Of a DNA stretch of 64,000 nt, positions 18,111 to 28,215 are shown piece after piece (positions within the stretch are counted from its first letter, which is position 1; every line of letters starts with the position of its first letter). Location of the stretch: UHGV virus genome UHGV-1550212, one strand, 5' to 3'. Source of the stretch: a virus. Position numbers and translations under genes: made by a program. The notes under the pieces are model-generated. The model worked only from the letters and a program-made list of their open reading frames with translations, had not been told where the DNA came from and made no database searches.

Positions 18111-21100
18111 TCAAAAGCTTCGATTCATCAGTTCATCAGCAAGTCGTTCAAGTTCAGTAGCAGCTTTTTGTCGCTTGGCTTCTCTTTCTGCTTCAACATC
18201 TGCTTTGCTTACTGGCGATTCCAAGTCTTTTGCAGGTGCATCTTCAATAACAGTCAAATTGCTGTCATCAAACTTGTTGTCAATGTCAACTCGTTTGAAT
18301 GATATGATGCCTGATGACACCTGAGCTTCTGCTTGTTGTTTGTCAAATACAAGGCTGCTAATTGTTGATTGCAGTTTTGTAGATGCCAGCAATCGTTCTG
18401 TGTTATCTGCAAAAATGTCATCAGTAAACAATACATGCAGCATTTGAGCAATCGAATCACGACTTCTGCTGCAGCCACTGTCAAATGCAGGCAACTGCTT
18501 AATTGCATAGATGTCGCCATCATGTACAGTAATTGCATTGAACATGCGTCTTGCAATTGATGCCACCGAATCAAGTACATCTGGTGATTGCGGCGTGTAG
18601 CCTCGTGAATCGAAGTATATGAGTGCAGAGTTCTTAACAATTTGGTCGACTACTTCTGATGCAATTGAGACTGCATCTTTGCTGTTATTGAAGACATCAT
18701 TTAGCATATATGACACAATCTTGATGTTCGACTCATGCATTGTGCCACTTGAACCCGCATCAAATATTGACACTGCATCTTTGATTGATTTGAGTCTTGC
18801 AAGTCGATACATGTCTTTGTTGTCAATGACATACATATCGATAGTCTTCATGATGGTGTCAAACAAGTAATGATGCGATAGTGTTCGCAATGCATGTCGC
18901 CAATCATCAAACACTCGTCTGTCTTCTACAAGATATGTAAGCTTGCCATTTTTCTTGACAAGTTCAAATCTGTCTGATTCTTGAACTTGCTCTGCTGGCA
19001 AATTCATGATAACTTCGAATGTAGCCTGATTGACAAATGATGCAAACATTTTGCCAATCTTGCTGTTCTTTTCTTGACGGTACTCTGCTCGAGCTTCTTT
19101 TGCAGCATTGAGAACTTGAGCAATCATCATGTCATCTGCAACAACATCTTGCACGACTTTGCATTCATAGCCATACGATGACAATGTGTTCTGAATGATG
19201 ACAAGCTGAGTAGCCCATTGTCGCCATTTCTGCTCAAACATATTGAGCTTATACGCAGTCAAGTGAATCTTGATTTCACCTGTGTACGGGTCACGATAAA
19301 AGTACGGTGCATTGAATGCCCATTCAAAGAAATCAAAGAGACTTCTTGAGTCATTGCGCTTTGTCTGCATTTGCAAAATGTCCCAGAATGACAGCTTTTC
19401 AACATTTGTTAATGTCAAGTCAAGCTCGTCATATGCAGTAATGTTTCGTGGGTCGCCATTTGATTTTGTCATACTGAAATACACATATGACTGAATGGAT
19501 ATTTTGCGAAGCCGTGAGTTAAATTGTTCGATTTCTTGACCTGTAAATGCCTCGTCATAAATGACATCAAATTCATAGCTGTCATTGATATCAATGCCAA
19601 CTGACAAGTAATTTGTGCAGAACAGCAGTTCAATATCACCAATTGTGCCAGATTCATTGATTGATTGAACAAAGTCATGCATTGCATTGTCACGCTTGTA
19701 GTACTTGACTTTTGGATTTCTGCCAAGCATCATTCGAACTGCGCCTACAATTGCATGAGTAAATGCGTCGCCTTTGTTTGTTGGGAACAGAATTCGTTTG
19801 CCTGCTTTAATTGCTGTTGAGATATGTGATGCAAGTTTTGTAATCTTGTCGCCGTCATGTTTGCAGCAGACAAATCTGACACCTTTGTTGTAATTAAGCG
19901 GCTTGTCGCAGAATATGACAGTGTCAAAATGACAGAACATGTGTTCAGCTACAGGTGTGCCTGTCATCAAAATGACTTTTGTCTGCAACTTTGTTAAGTT
20001 GTCAATCACATTTGCAGGTACAACATCACGATATGCAGACATTGTCAACAAGTGCGATTCGTCGACGACAACATAGTCATATAAAATTGACACTTCCTCT
20101 GGGTCAGCTAATGTAAATTTATCGAATGTCAAAGCTACATTGACATGCTTAGACAATTCAAGACCTCGTTGACCAAATGAGCAATACATGCCAAGGTCTG
20201 ACATCTCAATCTTTGATTGCAAGATTGATGTGTATGGTTCAATCAGCATGACTCGTTTTCCATCACGAGTAAGCTGCTTGATAAATTCTGTCTTGCCTGA
20301 GCCTGGCCGTGCAATCAAGTAATTGATGCCAGTTACAAATACTTCTTCAAGTTCATGCTTGTATGTTGACAAGTACTCATTTTCTGCAAGTTTGAAGACA
20401 TGCGTATGTCGAAGTTCAAAGTCTTTTTGCTGTGCAACTTTCGACATAATGTACTGACTGATTGCATCTTCTGTATTGTGTTCAGCAATCAGTTCATTGA
20501 CAGTTACAGATGACTTGTTAGCAAACTTGAATTTGAAGCCGTGCTTTTCACGAAGTTCTTTGACAGATGACCATACGCACGGACAAGTGCCTGCTGCATT
20601 ACGTTCAACTGCAGACCTGAATGAGTTTGCCCAGCTGTTATGCTCTGCATTGAACTTTGGATTACCCGAACACATTTGCAAGAACATTTGCAACACATGT
20701 TCATATTGACCACCTGTAGTTGACTTCAAATCATATAGCCATGCAAGTGTATAGGCCAAGCGATATCTACCAGTGTTGTCGTAGTTTTGTGGAGTGATTG
20801 TGAGCATTGTGCCCTCTTCAATCATTGTGATGTCATCACGTTGAGTGAAGACTTGCTCGCCGTCAGTCATTGCAGTCATATGAGACTTCGGCGCATAATC
20901 AAAACGACCTCGAAGTCTATCAAACATTGTCTTCAGTTTGTCGATGCAAAATTTTGCATCAACTGAAGCATAGATGCTAACATCAAACTCTGGTTGCTCA
21001 ATGAATTGCGCGTTTTGATTGATGATGACATCTTTATCACGTGCAACAAACAACGGCTGACTAATTTTGCAAACAGATGCATCAACTACTCGAGATTCAG

Positions 21101-21710
21101 ACATTTGACCTGACTTTTCAAGTCGTCTTGACAATGTATTGTTGACAGGATGCACTTCTCGAGCCATGTCATGATTGCCCTCTGATTCAAGCTGGTCACT
21201 CAGCAACACAAGGCATTTCCAAATGACATACAATTTTGCCTCATATGCATCAAGATATGCTTTCTTTGCTGCAGAAGCATTTTCAGATGACACAAATACA
21301 GCATCTTCAGTTTGAATTGACAGAGGCTTTGAGATTGTGTAGACGTGCAAGCCTGAACCAGAAGTCGACTTAAGCACAGCAACACACCACGGATATTTGC
21401 AAAGCATTGCAGCCAAACGTGGTTTGATGACTTCTACAAGTTCTTTTGAGTGAAAGTCCAAATCGACTGGCTGCAGACCTGACCAAGTCAAGTAGTCATG
21501 AACTTGTTGTTTTGGTCGAGCAAACATTGTCGATTGCGACACAAAGGGACGATGTGCTTTATCTACTGTGTCAAGTGACTCATCATTTGCAACTTTCATG
21601 ATGAGGTCATACAATGAAATTTGTTGCTTATTGACAGTGTCTTCTGTTTTACGAACACTGTCGCCCATCATGAACTTTATGCCACTGAGCAAATCTTTGA
21701 CGTTTGACAT
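18111..21710 (-). CDS. Primase-helicase: N-terminal archaeo-eukaryotic-primase-like domain fused to an SF2-type helicase
   Basis: N-terminus VDLDFH (DxD) and STSGSGLHVYT (sGxGxH) fit primase motifs I/II. Helicase motifs ARPGSGKTEF (I), VVVDESH (II), LMTGTP (III), QFNSRLRK (VI). 1199 aa. Confidence 0.55.
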   Translation of the reverse strand: MSNVKDLLSGIKFMMGDSVRKTEDTVNKQQISLYDLIMKVANDESLDTVDKAHRPFVSQSTMFARPKQQVHDYLTWSGLQPVDLDFHSKELVEVIKPRLAAMLCKYPWCVAVLKSTSGSGLHVYTISKPLSIQTEDAVFVSSENASAAKKAYLDAYEAKLYVIWKCLVLLSDQLESEGNHDMAREVHPVNNTLSRRLEKSGQMSESRVVDASVCKISQPLFVARDKDVIINQNAQFIEQPEFDVSIYASVDAKFCIDKLKTMFDRLRGRFDYAPKSHMTAMTDGEQVFTQRDDITMIEEGTMLTITPQNYDNTGRYRLAYTLAWLYDLKSTTGGQYEHVLQMFLQMCSGNPKFNAEHNSWANSFRSAVERNAAGTCPCVWSSVKELREKHGFKFKFANKSSVTVNELIAEHNTEDAISQYIMSKVAQQKDFELRHTHVFKLAENEYLSTYKHELEEVFVTGINYLIARPGSGKTEFIKQLTRDGKRVMLIEPYTSILQSKIEMSDLGMYCSFGQRGLELSKHVNVALTFDKFTLADPEEVSILYDYVVVDESHLLTMSAYRDVVPANVIDNLTKLQTKVILMTGTPVAEHMFCHFDTVIFCDKPLNYNKGVRFVCCKHDGDKITKLASHISTAIKAGKRILFPTNKGDAFTHAIVGAVRMMLGRNPKVKYYKRDNAMHDFVQSINESGTIGDIELLFCTNYLSVGIDINDSYEFDVIYDEAFTGQEIEQFNSRLRKISIQSYVYFSMTKSNGDPRNITAYDELDLTLTNVEKLSFWDILQMQTKRNDSRSLFDFFEWAFNAPYFYRDPYTGEIKIHLTAYKLNMFEQKWRQWATQLVIIQNTLSSYGYECKVVQDVVADDMMIAQVLNAAKEARAEYRQEKNSKIGKMFASFVNQATFEVIMNLPAEQVQESDRFELVKKNGKLTYLVEDRRVFDDWRHALRTLSHHYLFDTIMKTIDMYVIDNKDMYRLARLKSIKDAVSIFDAGSSGTMHESNIKIVSYMLNDVFNNSKDAVSIASEVVDQIVKNSALIYFDSRGYTPQSPDVLDSVASIARRMFNAITVHDGDIYAIKQLPAFDSGCSRSRDSIAQMLHVLFTDDIFADNTERLLASTKLQSTISSLVFDKQQAEAQVSSGIISFKRVDIDNKFDDSNLTVIEDAPAKDLESPVSKADVEAEREAKRQKAATELERLADELMNRSF

Positions 21711-21750
21711 ATTTTGTTGATGCTTTTTGTTTGGTCAAAATTATATTGAA

Positions 21751-21779
21751 TATGATACAACACTTGTGACATTTTTGCT
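21751..21779 (-). promoter_or_regulatory. Promoter-like motif upstream of the primase-helicase gene
   Basis: Plus strand tatgatacaacacttgtgacatttttgc; sense GCAAAAATGTCACAAGTGTTGTATCATA. Confidence 0.4.
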
Positions 21780-22426
21780 TAGAATGCGACACCGACATGT
21801 GCGCCAATCATAGCAGCTTTTGAGTCAACTTTCTTCATGCAGCCTGCATCAAGACCTATACGCCATTGTAAACTACTCTTACCAAATTGACGAGTGTATG
21901 ATAGCCAATACATGTCAATTGATTGCTTGTTAAATGTGCCAAATGCATAGTGAAAGTCTACATTATTTCGTGGTGCATCATGGTCAATGACTTTGATTGT
22001 CGTAGTTTGCACTTCACGAATAACTGTGTCTGCTTTGAACATCAAAACGTCCCAATCACGTTGCTTGATTGTGTTTTGCGTAATGTAGTCTTTTATTGCT
22101 ATTTGCAGTTTGTCTGACTTCAATGTGTCTGCATACTCATACTGTGCAAAGTAGTCATTAACATACTGCATAAGCTTTGTAGTGTCTATGTCAACTACAA
22201 GAGTCGTGTCACGATACACTGGCACTGGTATTGTCTTGCCAGGCATATGAACTGTGTCGTGTTTAATAACAGTGTCAGCTTTGACAATTGGCTCTGCATT
22301 TATAGCATCTTGATATGTTTGCCAGTCTTTTGGGCTGACAAAATGCCAATCTTTGAAAATCATGACAGCAGTCAATACAATGACTGCTGTCATGACTATG
22401 ATTTTGAGTGTCTTCAACATATTCAC
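21779..22426 (-). CDS. Hypothetical membrane-anchored protein (215 aa)
   Basis: N-terminal hydrophobic segment LKIIVMTAVIVLTAVMIF. Confidence 0.5.
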   Translation of the reverse strand: MNMLKTLKIIVMTAVIVLTAVMIFKDWHFVSPKDWQTYQDAINAEPIVKADTVIKHDTVHMPGKTIPVPVYRDTTLVVDIDTTKLMQYVNDYFAQYEYADTLKSDKLQIAIKDYITQNTIKQRDWDVLMFKADTVIREVQTTTIKVIDHDAPRNNVDFHYAFGTFNKQSIDMYWLSYTRQFGKSSLQWRIGLDAGCMKKVDSKAAMIGAHVGVAF

Positions 22427-24022
22427 TTATGCTTTTGCAGTTACAGATGATAAGACAATTCGTTGCAGGAAATTGCCTGCAGTGTCCATAATGTCCCAAG
22501 TAGTACTTGAGCCCTCATTGTTTGACAATGTAAATCTGATGTAATTCGATGTTCTTGTCAATTCATCGCGAATGATATTGTTGCCTGAACGTGCAATGTA
22601 ACTGCCAAATTTTTGCAATGCTATCTGAGCATTGTCTGTGTCAAGCAATGCAATTGATATGTCTACAGAAGAGCCCTTTGGGCAGTTGATTGTCTTGACA
22701 ACGAACAATGATTGAGCATCATCATTTATCACAAGCTTGCTGATAAGCGTAGGCACAGGTCTGTCAATCTGCAAGACTCTATCTACGCCCGCTTTTGCAT
22801 TGCCAATGACTGTCTTTTGATTGATGACTTTATGCACAATGTCATATGATTCAAATTTGACTTGAGGTTTACGATGCCAGCAAAGCATTGCAATGTCATC
22901 TTCAGACAGAATCAATTGCATTGAACGACTTATGCGTACTTGTCCAAGAGTTGACACGTAATCAAGCACAGCAGTAACATACACAAGAGCCATTTTTGGC
23001 TTGTTATCTGGATTGTCATCGTCTACAATGATAGGCGACCATTCAACTGCTTGTGTCGCGTTGTCAACATTTGCAAATTGCATATGTCGTATGCTTGAAT
23101 CTATGAGAACGCCTTCTGCATTGTATGCTTGCAAGATGACGTCATACGTGACATTCGCATCATCAATCAACTCAAGTCTTGAAATCCAATCTGACAGTTG
23201 CATTGTACGATGCTTCATCTGCATTTCAATGCATGCAGGCGCAAATTCGGATTCTTGTCGCAGTACTACATCTGCATACAAAGTCTCATCTTCATTGCCG
23301 GTCAACAGCAATGCTTGTTTGATTTCTCGAAGAGCAAACTGAGTAAATGTTCTGACTGCCCCAGATACAAGTGACTGCTCAAATGAGTAAACTTTGTCAT
23401 CATACACAAGTCCAATCTCAACATTGATATTTGATTGCAATGCTCGTCTTGTAGATGTGCCAAACACGAACTCACGAACTTTAGACATTTCATCACTGTT
23501 CATTGAACACAAGAAGTCAATATCGACAATCTTGAATTCAATTTCAGTAGTGAACTGCTCATTGTCAATGACGACAATCTTGTTTTTGACAGGTGTAAAC
23601 AATGAACGTGCTTTGATGTCAAGCAATGACATCAAACTGTATTTGACATCATCAATGTCAATTGACAGTCTAAGCCAAACGCCAATGACATTTGATGCAT
23701 AACGAAATCCACTGACTGCGTATAATCTGCATGTCAGATATTGCAGTTTGTCAAGCGATGTCGTCTTATATGCCGAATCTGCAAAATTTGCGACAATTGT
23801 GTCTGTGTATGAGTCTGGTGTCAGATATGTCGGCACCTGATATGTAGTGTTTTGTGCAACTGAACTGTATTCACGAACATTGTGTGTTTCTGCACCATCG
23901 GCATTCAATAGATGCACAACACCGCCACTTGCAATCTTATGCAAGGGCACGTCTGTCATGTCGTAGACACTTGAATCACCAATCTCAAGTGCAAAGTCTT
24001 CAGTCAGTCTCAGTCGTTGCAT
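22427..24022 (-). CDS. Hypothetical protein (531 aa)
   Basis: Long ORF; no motif recognised. Confidence 0.55.
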   Translation of the reverse strand: MQRLRLTEDFALEIGDSSVYDMTDVPLHKIASGGVVHLLNADGAETHNVREYSSVAQNTTYQVPTYLTPDSYTDTIVANFADSAYKTTSLDKLQYLTCRLYAVSGFRYASNVIGVWLRLSIDIDDVKYSLMSLLDIKARSLFTPVKNKIVVIDNEQFTTEIEFKIVDIDFLCSMNSDEMSKVREFVFGTSTRRALQSNINVEIGLVYDDKVYSFEQSLVSGAVRTFTQFALREIKQALLLTGNEDETLYADVVLRQESEFAPACIEMQMKHRTMQLSDWISRLELIDDANVTYDVILQAYNAEGVLIDSSIRHMQFANVDNATQAVEWSPIIVDDDNPDNKPKMALVYVTAVLDYVSTLGQVRISRSMQLILSEDDIAMLCWHRKPQVKFESYDIVHKVINQKTVIGNAKAGVDRVLQIDRPVPTLISKLVINDDAQSLFVVKTINCPKGSSVDISIALLDTDNAQIALQKFGSYIARSGNNIIRDELTRTSNYIRFTLSNNEGSSTTWDIMDTAGNFLQRIVLSSVTAKA

Positions 24023-24089
24023 ATTGTCGAAATCTTGTTTGTGTTATATGTACACAAAACTGCACCAGCAATTTTGCTGGTGCAGCTGG

Positions 24090-24347
24090 TTAATTGTTGA
24101 GATACTGCTGAAGCTCAACTTCTGTTGCAAGTCTACATTGCTTAATATTGAACACTGTCATAATATGACAACTCTTGCATTTATGCCAAATTTCAGCAAC
24201 AGCAGTTTGTGTGTTCTTTGGCAATGAGCGTCTGTACTTGACAATGTCTGTAGTGCCGCAGCATTTACATGTGCCAAGCACTACATACAATTTTGAGTTA
24301 GTCGCGCTCAATTGTGACATGTCTAACTTCTGCTTCTTCATAGCCAT
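24090..24347 (-). CDS. Small zinc-ribbon-like protein
   Basis: CKCCGTTD ... CKSCH Cys pairs; 85 aa; start may be one of three nearby Met. Confidence 0.4.
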   Translation of the reverse strand: MAMKKQKLDMSQLSATNSKLYVVLGTCKCCGTTDIVKYRRSLPKNTQTAVAEIWHKCKSCHIMTVFNIKQCRLATEVELQQYLNN

Positions 24348-25719
24348 GCTCTCTTAGCTTTTCAATGAGTGCTTCAACATCTGCTCGATAAGTGTCACGA
24401 TTGTCAGAACGTTCAACTACTTTGTACTCTTTCTTAAGTTCTACAATCTTTGCTTTTAGTTTTTTCTGCTCATCTTGAGTCAATCTGCTGACTGCAATTT
24501 CAAGAACTTTGTGATTGATTGAATGCTCATCAAGAATAGACTTGACTTGTTTAGTAGTCATCTTATGCAGTACAATGACTTCGTCAAGCACAAGTTGAAT
24601 GAACTTCATGATGTCTTCATACCACTGAATTGTAGTACGAATGTCTTCAAGTCGTTTTTGCTTGCGAATTTCATAGAATTGCAAACGCCACTCGACAAAT
24701 CGCATAATGAGTGAACCGACTGTTTTGTATCGACGAATCTTGTCATCGAAGTCAATGACAGTCAAGTTGTCACGTTCAATTCTGCAGAACATTGCAAGAG
24801 TCCAGTACAATGAGTCTTTTGCAAGCAACTCAACAAGTTTTGCTTTCGTAAACTTTATCTCATACAGAATCTTGTCTTTGTGAGAGTAATTTGTCCATGC
24901 TTCAATAATGTCACGGTCAAGCAGCATATTGAGATGGTTTTCATAGCCATCGAATGTGTTATTGTATGGGATTGCAGTTACATTGACTGTAGTGTCATCA
25001 ACAACTTCCATTCGACCATGATGCTCATATACACCATTGACAAGTCGCCATTCTCCTTGCAAGCCTTTGACATACGGCGTAATTTTGCGTTCAGAAATAT
25101 CTTCGCCATCAAGAGCATCAATAACAGCATTGCAAACTTCAATTGGATTACGATTGATAATTGTGCTTGAATAGCCAACCGCGATGCCCATAATTGAGTT
25201 TAGCAAAATTGTGGGCACAATTGGCAGATAAAATTGCGGCTCAACTTCAATGCCCTCTTGCCAACGATTTGTCAGCAACTCATTGTCTTTCATGAGCAAC
25301 TCAAATGCATCTGACAATCGAACAAAGATGTATCGAGGCGCACCTGCATATGGGCTGTAGAATGTACCAAACTGACCCTCACCAATGAAGTATGGAATGT
25401 TCTGCTTAAAGTCCTGAGACATGATTGTGATATTGCCCTCAAGACTTGTCTGGCCGTGTTCGTAACCACCCTCTGCTTTTACATAGCCCGCAAATGCACC
25501 TACAGTTTGCTTAACACCACCTTTAAGACGCTTGAGCGCAACATACATGATTTTTCGTGCAGTAGGCTTAAAGCCATCACGAACATCAGGTATTGCACGT
25601 TCAAATGCAGTGTGTAACGCATACTCTTTATATCGAGTATTCAAAAATTCCGCAATGGAAATTTGAATATCTTGTTCTGTCAATGGTTCTGTGTAAACTT
25701 CTTGTTTTCGTCGTGCCAT
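24298..25719 (-). CDS. DNA topoisomerase II, GyrA-like breakage-reunion subunit (T4 gp52-like)
   Basis: FLNTRYKEYALHTAFERAIPDVRDGFKPTARKIMYV matches the GyrA/ParC N-terminal signature (RAxPDVRDGxKP). Start placed at MARRKQEVY (ATG 25719) so the promoter motif at 25750-25777 stays upstream. Confidence 0.8.
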   Translation of the reverse strand: MARRKQEVYTEPLTEQDIQISIAEFLNTRYKEYALHTAFERAIPDVRDGFKPTARKIMYVALKRLKGGVKQTVGAFAGYVKAEGGYEHGQTSLEGNITIMSQDFKQNIPYFIGEGQFGTFYSPYAGAPRYIFVRLSDAFELLMKDNELLTNRWQEGIEVEPQFYLPIVPTILLNSIMGIAVGYSSTIINRNPIEVCNAVIDALDGEDISERKITPYVKGLQGEWRLVNGVYEHHGRMEVVDDTTVNVTAIPYNNTFDGYENHLNMLLDRDIIEAWTNYSHKDKILYEIKFTKAKLVELLAKDSLYWTLAMFCRIERDNLTVIDFDDKIRRYKTVGSLIMRFVEWRLQFYEIRKQKRLEDIRTTIQWYEDIMKFIQLVLDEVIVLHKMTTKQVKSILDEHSINHKVLEIAVSRLTQDEQKKLKAKIVELKKEYKVVERSDNRDTYRADVEALIEKLREHGYEEAEVRHVTIERD

Positions 25720-25749
25720 TGTAGCTAATTTGATTTTATTTCCTATATT

Positions 25750-25777
25750 ATTGTACAACGATGTTGTTAGATTTGCA
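25750..25777 (-). promoter_or_regulatory. Promoter-like motif (sense GATGCAAATCTAACAACATCGTTGTACAAT)
   Basis: Recurrent motif ~30 nt upstream of ATG 25719. Confidence 0.45.
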
Positions 25778-25951
25778 TCATTTGAATATCTTCAAATCTG
25801 CAAAGCTGCGCAGTAGACTGAATACGGAATACTAAGAATACACCAGAATCAGTGACGCATTTAACAAGTGCATCTTCATTTGTGGGCGTGTACAATACGA
25901 CATCCCAAGGTTCAAGTTGTTTTGCTTCTTCTGCTGTCATATGCGTAGTGT

Positions 25952-26920
25952 TTAATCAAGCCAATGCAACATATTCTCATCATCAAAACGAGATTCAAGC
26001 TCTGCTGTCGTAATGAATGCAAGTTTGTTCAGCATATACTGCTGCAATTCACGTTTGCGAATTGATTCAAATCTGACAAATGTTTCAGGCACTTCAAGTT
26101 CACCATCAGCATCATATGTTGCAACAGACGTGTCAACATTGATGTTATGAATCTTTTCACATGACACTCTGTACTTTGTCAAGTCAAAGCCTGGCATGCC
26201 ATCATTACGAGGCAGCAAACTCCACATAGCAAAGTTTTCTACAGCTTCAGCAACAAATGCAAGAGCTTCATGCATGTCAACACTATAGTCTTCTATAAGA
26301 TTTGCATACAATGTAGCTACAATGTTTTGGTGTGTTGCAAGGTCAAGCTTATTACTAATTGCATGCTCAAAAATGTCTTTGAAGTTCTCATACATAGTAA
26401 AGTTCTTCAAGACAAGTCGCTGTAATGCTGTGCGATCTTCAAGAGCTGCAAATGCTGCGTCATCATGCATTGCAGAAGCTGCTGCTTGCTGAGCATTCAG
26501 TACAACTGACACATCATGAATGACAAATTTTGAGTCAATCAATACTGACACTGCAATAAATGGTGCAACAGACTTTGAGTCTTTTTGAGCAAAGTCAATC
26601 TTAATGTGAAATGAATTGCCTTGTCGTGATTGCACTGAATGATAAATGTCGTAGTCGTTGACATACAGCTTAAAGTGCTGCTTGATTGCATCATTGACTG
26701 CATTGATGCCCGCATCATAAATGTTGCCAATCACTTCAAGTGCACGAGTGTTAAGCGTATGTGCAAGAAATGCTACGTTTTGATAGTTGACGAGTTTGTG
26801 AGACAAGTCAGTCGTGCTGTTAAGTTGTCTCATCAAATCATGCAGTGCATCGTATGACAATTTGATGTCATCTAATGTGTTGCACTCATGTATTGCGTTA
26901 ATTTGCTGTGCCAGAGTCAT
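25952..26920 (-). CDS. Hypothetical protein (322 aa)
   Basis: ORF; no motif recognised. Confidence 0.5.
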   Translation of the reverse strand: MTLAQQINAIHECNTLDDIKLSYDALHDLMRQLNSTTDLSHKLVNYQNVAFLAHTLNTRALEVIGNIYDAGINAVNDAIKQHFKLYVNDYDIYHSVQSRQGNSFHIKIDFAQKDSKSVAPFIAVSVLIDSKFVIHDVSVVLNAQQAAASAMHDDAAFAALEDRTALQRLVLKNFTMYENFKDIFEHAISNKLDLATHQNIVATLYANLIEDYSVDMHEALAFVAEAVENFAMWSLLPRNDGMPGFDLTKYRVSCEKIHNINVDTSVATYDADGELEVPETFVRFESIRKRELQQYMLNKLAFITTAELESRFDDENMLHWLD

Positions 26921-27164
26921 TTTGTGTATGTTCTTGATTTGCTTGTTCTGCTAAGTTGTTTATGAATGCTTTGAGCAATGTAATGATTGTTGTTAGCAAC
27001 TGAATTTGAAACAATACAATGCTAAACACGACAATTGCTACAACGCAAAATGAAATGAAGAGCATATTGATGTCAAATTTGTTTGCTATCAATGTTTGCA
27101 GCCAAGTTATGACTGCAAACATTGAAATCAGTATGAATGCTTTGTGCTGTGATAACGATTTCAT
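26898..27164 (-). CDS. Small two-helix membrane protein (holin-like topology)
   Basis: 88 aa, two hydrophobic helices and a polar C-terminus; not adjacent to a lysin, so function open. Confidence 0.35.
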   Translation of the reverse strand: MKSLSQHKAFILISMFAVITWLQTLIANKFDINMLFISFCVVAIVVFSIVLFQIQLLTTIITLLKAFINNLAEQANQEHTQNDSGTAN

Positions 27165-27880
27165 TTGAAATGTGTGGATGTTGGATTAGTGTCGGTCATT
27201 CTAACATGCCAATCATAAATGAACCATCTTGCGAGGTCATCATTTTTGATGTTATGAGTTTTGACATACTGTTCAGGACCTAATGCCTCACCAGTTTCAG
27301 GATTGACTGCGAAATGAGATTCATCTACATTAGTAGACTTGTTTTTGATGTTTGAGATTCGGAGCTTTGTATGCAGTTCAGTGCCATCAGATTGCAGTGT
27401 TTTGACATAGAATGCAGTTTTTGTCGTTGCTTCATTGTCAAGCCATACTCCAAACTTAACTCCGTGCGATTTCCAGTATGCATTGTCAGCATCCCTGATT
27501 GCTTTGAAGTTCGGGTCATCCAACCAAGGTTTGAAGACGTATACAGCATGTTGTTCTTTTCGAGTGATTTCGCCTTTGCCTTCACAAACTGTATGATACA
27601 GCCGCATTGCAGTTTCTTCATCAAAATAGTAAGTCAGATTGCCTGGCTTATCAAATGTGCCAAGCTGTTGACCATCGATTACAAGAATGAATGTGTACCG
27701 CGAATCCTTAAAGAATTCTACTTGTACAGGCTGTTTGTGCTGTTTGCTGTTAAGCAGTCTGTCAATTGTAATGACTGCCCAGTTGGTGCCTGTCTTTGTT
27801 TTGTTGCCGTGAAACAGTTCAGGATATGAAACTGTGTAAGGCAATGCTTTGTACTTCCAATGTTCATTAAAGCTTTTCAT
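27161..27880 (-). CDS. Hypothetical protein (239 aa)
   Basis: ORF preceded by three tandem promoter-like motifs. Confidence 0.5.
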   Translation of the reverse strand: MKSFNEHWKYKALPYTVSYPELFHGNKTKTGTNWAVITIDRLLNSKQHKQPVQVEFFKDSRYTFILVIDGQQLGTFDKPGNLTYYFDEETAMRLYHTVCEGKGEITRKEQHAVYVFKPWLDDPNFKAIRDADNAYWKSHGVKFGVWLDNEATTKTAFYVKTLQSDGTELHTKLRISNIKNKSTNVDESHFAVNPETGEALGPEQYVKTHNIKNDDLARWFIYDWHVRMTDTNPTSTHFK

Positions 27881-27963
27881 ATGTAGAGATTTTTGTAGTT
27901 TGTATCAATTGCATTCTATATCAATTGTATCTTGTATCAAATACATTATATTGATATATGATA

Positions 27964-28110
27964 ATTGTACTACAAAAATCCCAAATTTGCACACTTTGAT
28001 AATCAAAAGTGCAAACAAAATTCAAAGTTATATTGTACATCACAAAGTGCAAATTTGCACTTTGTGATGTTAAAATGCCCCATTGTACAATATTTTGTGC
28101 TATTTTGCAC
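27964..28110 (-). promoter_or_regulatory. Three tandem promoter-like motifs, the middle one embedded in a perfect 26-bp palindrome (28041-28066)
   Basis: attgtactacaaaaatcccaaatttgcac (27964-27992), attgtacatcacaaagtgcaaatttgcac (28032-28060), attgtacaatattttgtgctattttgcac (28082-28110); palindrome cacaaagtgcaaatttgcactttgtg. Confidence 0.5.
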
Positions 28111-28215
28111 AAAGCAGCATGTTAAAATGTAACCATTTATAACGCTGCAAAATGTCTGCATAAAATAAGCAGCTTAGCAATCTAAGCTGCTGTCATTGTA
28201 TGCATGCAGTCACTG

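Noticed and set aside
25767-25940. 57-codon minus-strand ORF (MTAEEAKQLEPWDVVLYTPTNEDALVKCV...) upstream of the gp52-like gene
   Set aside because: Below the ORF-track length cut-off and it would overlap the promoter-like motif of the downstream gene; possibly real but unsupported.
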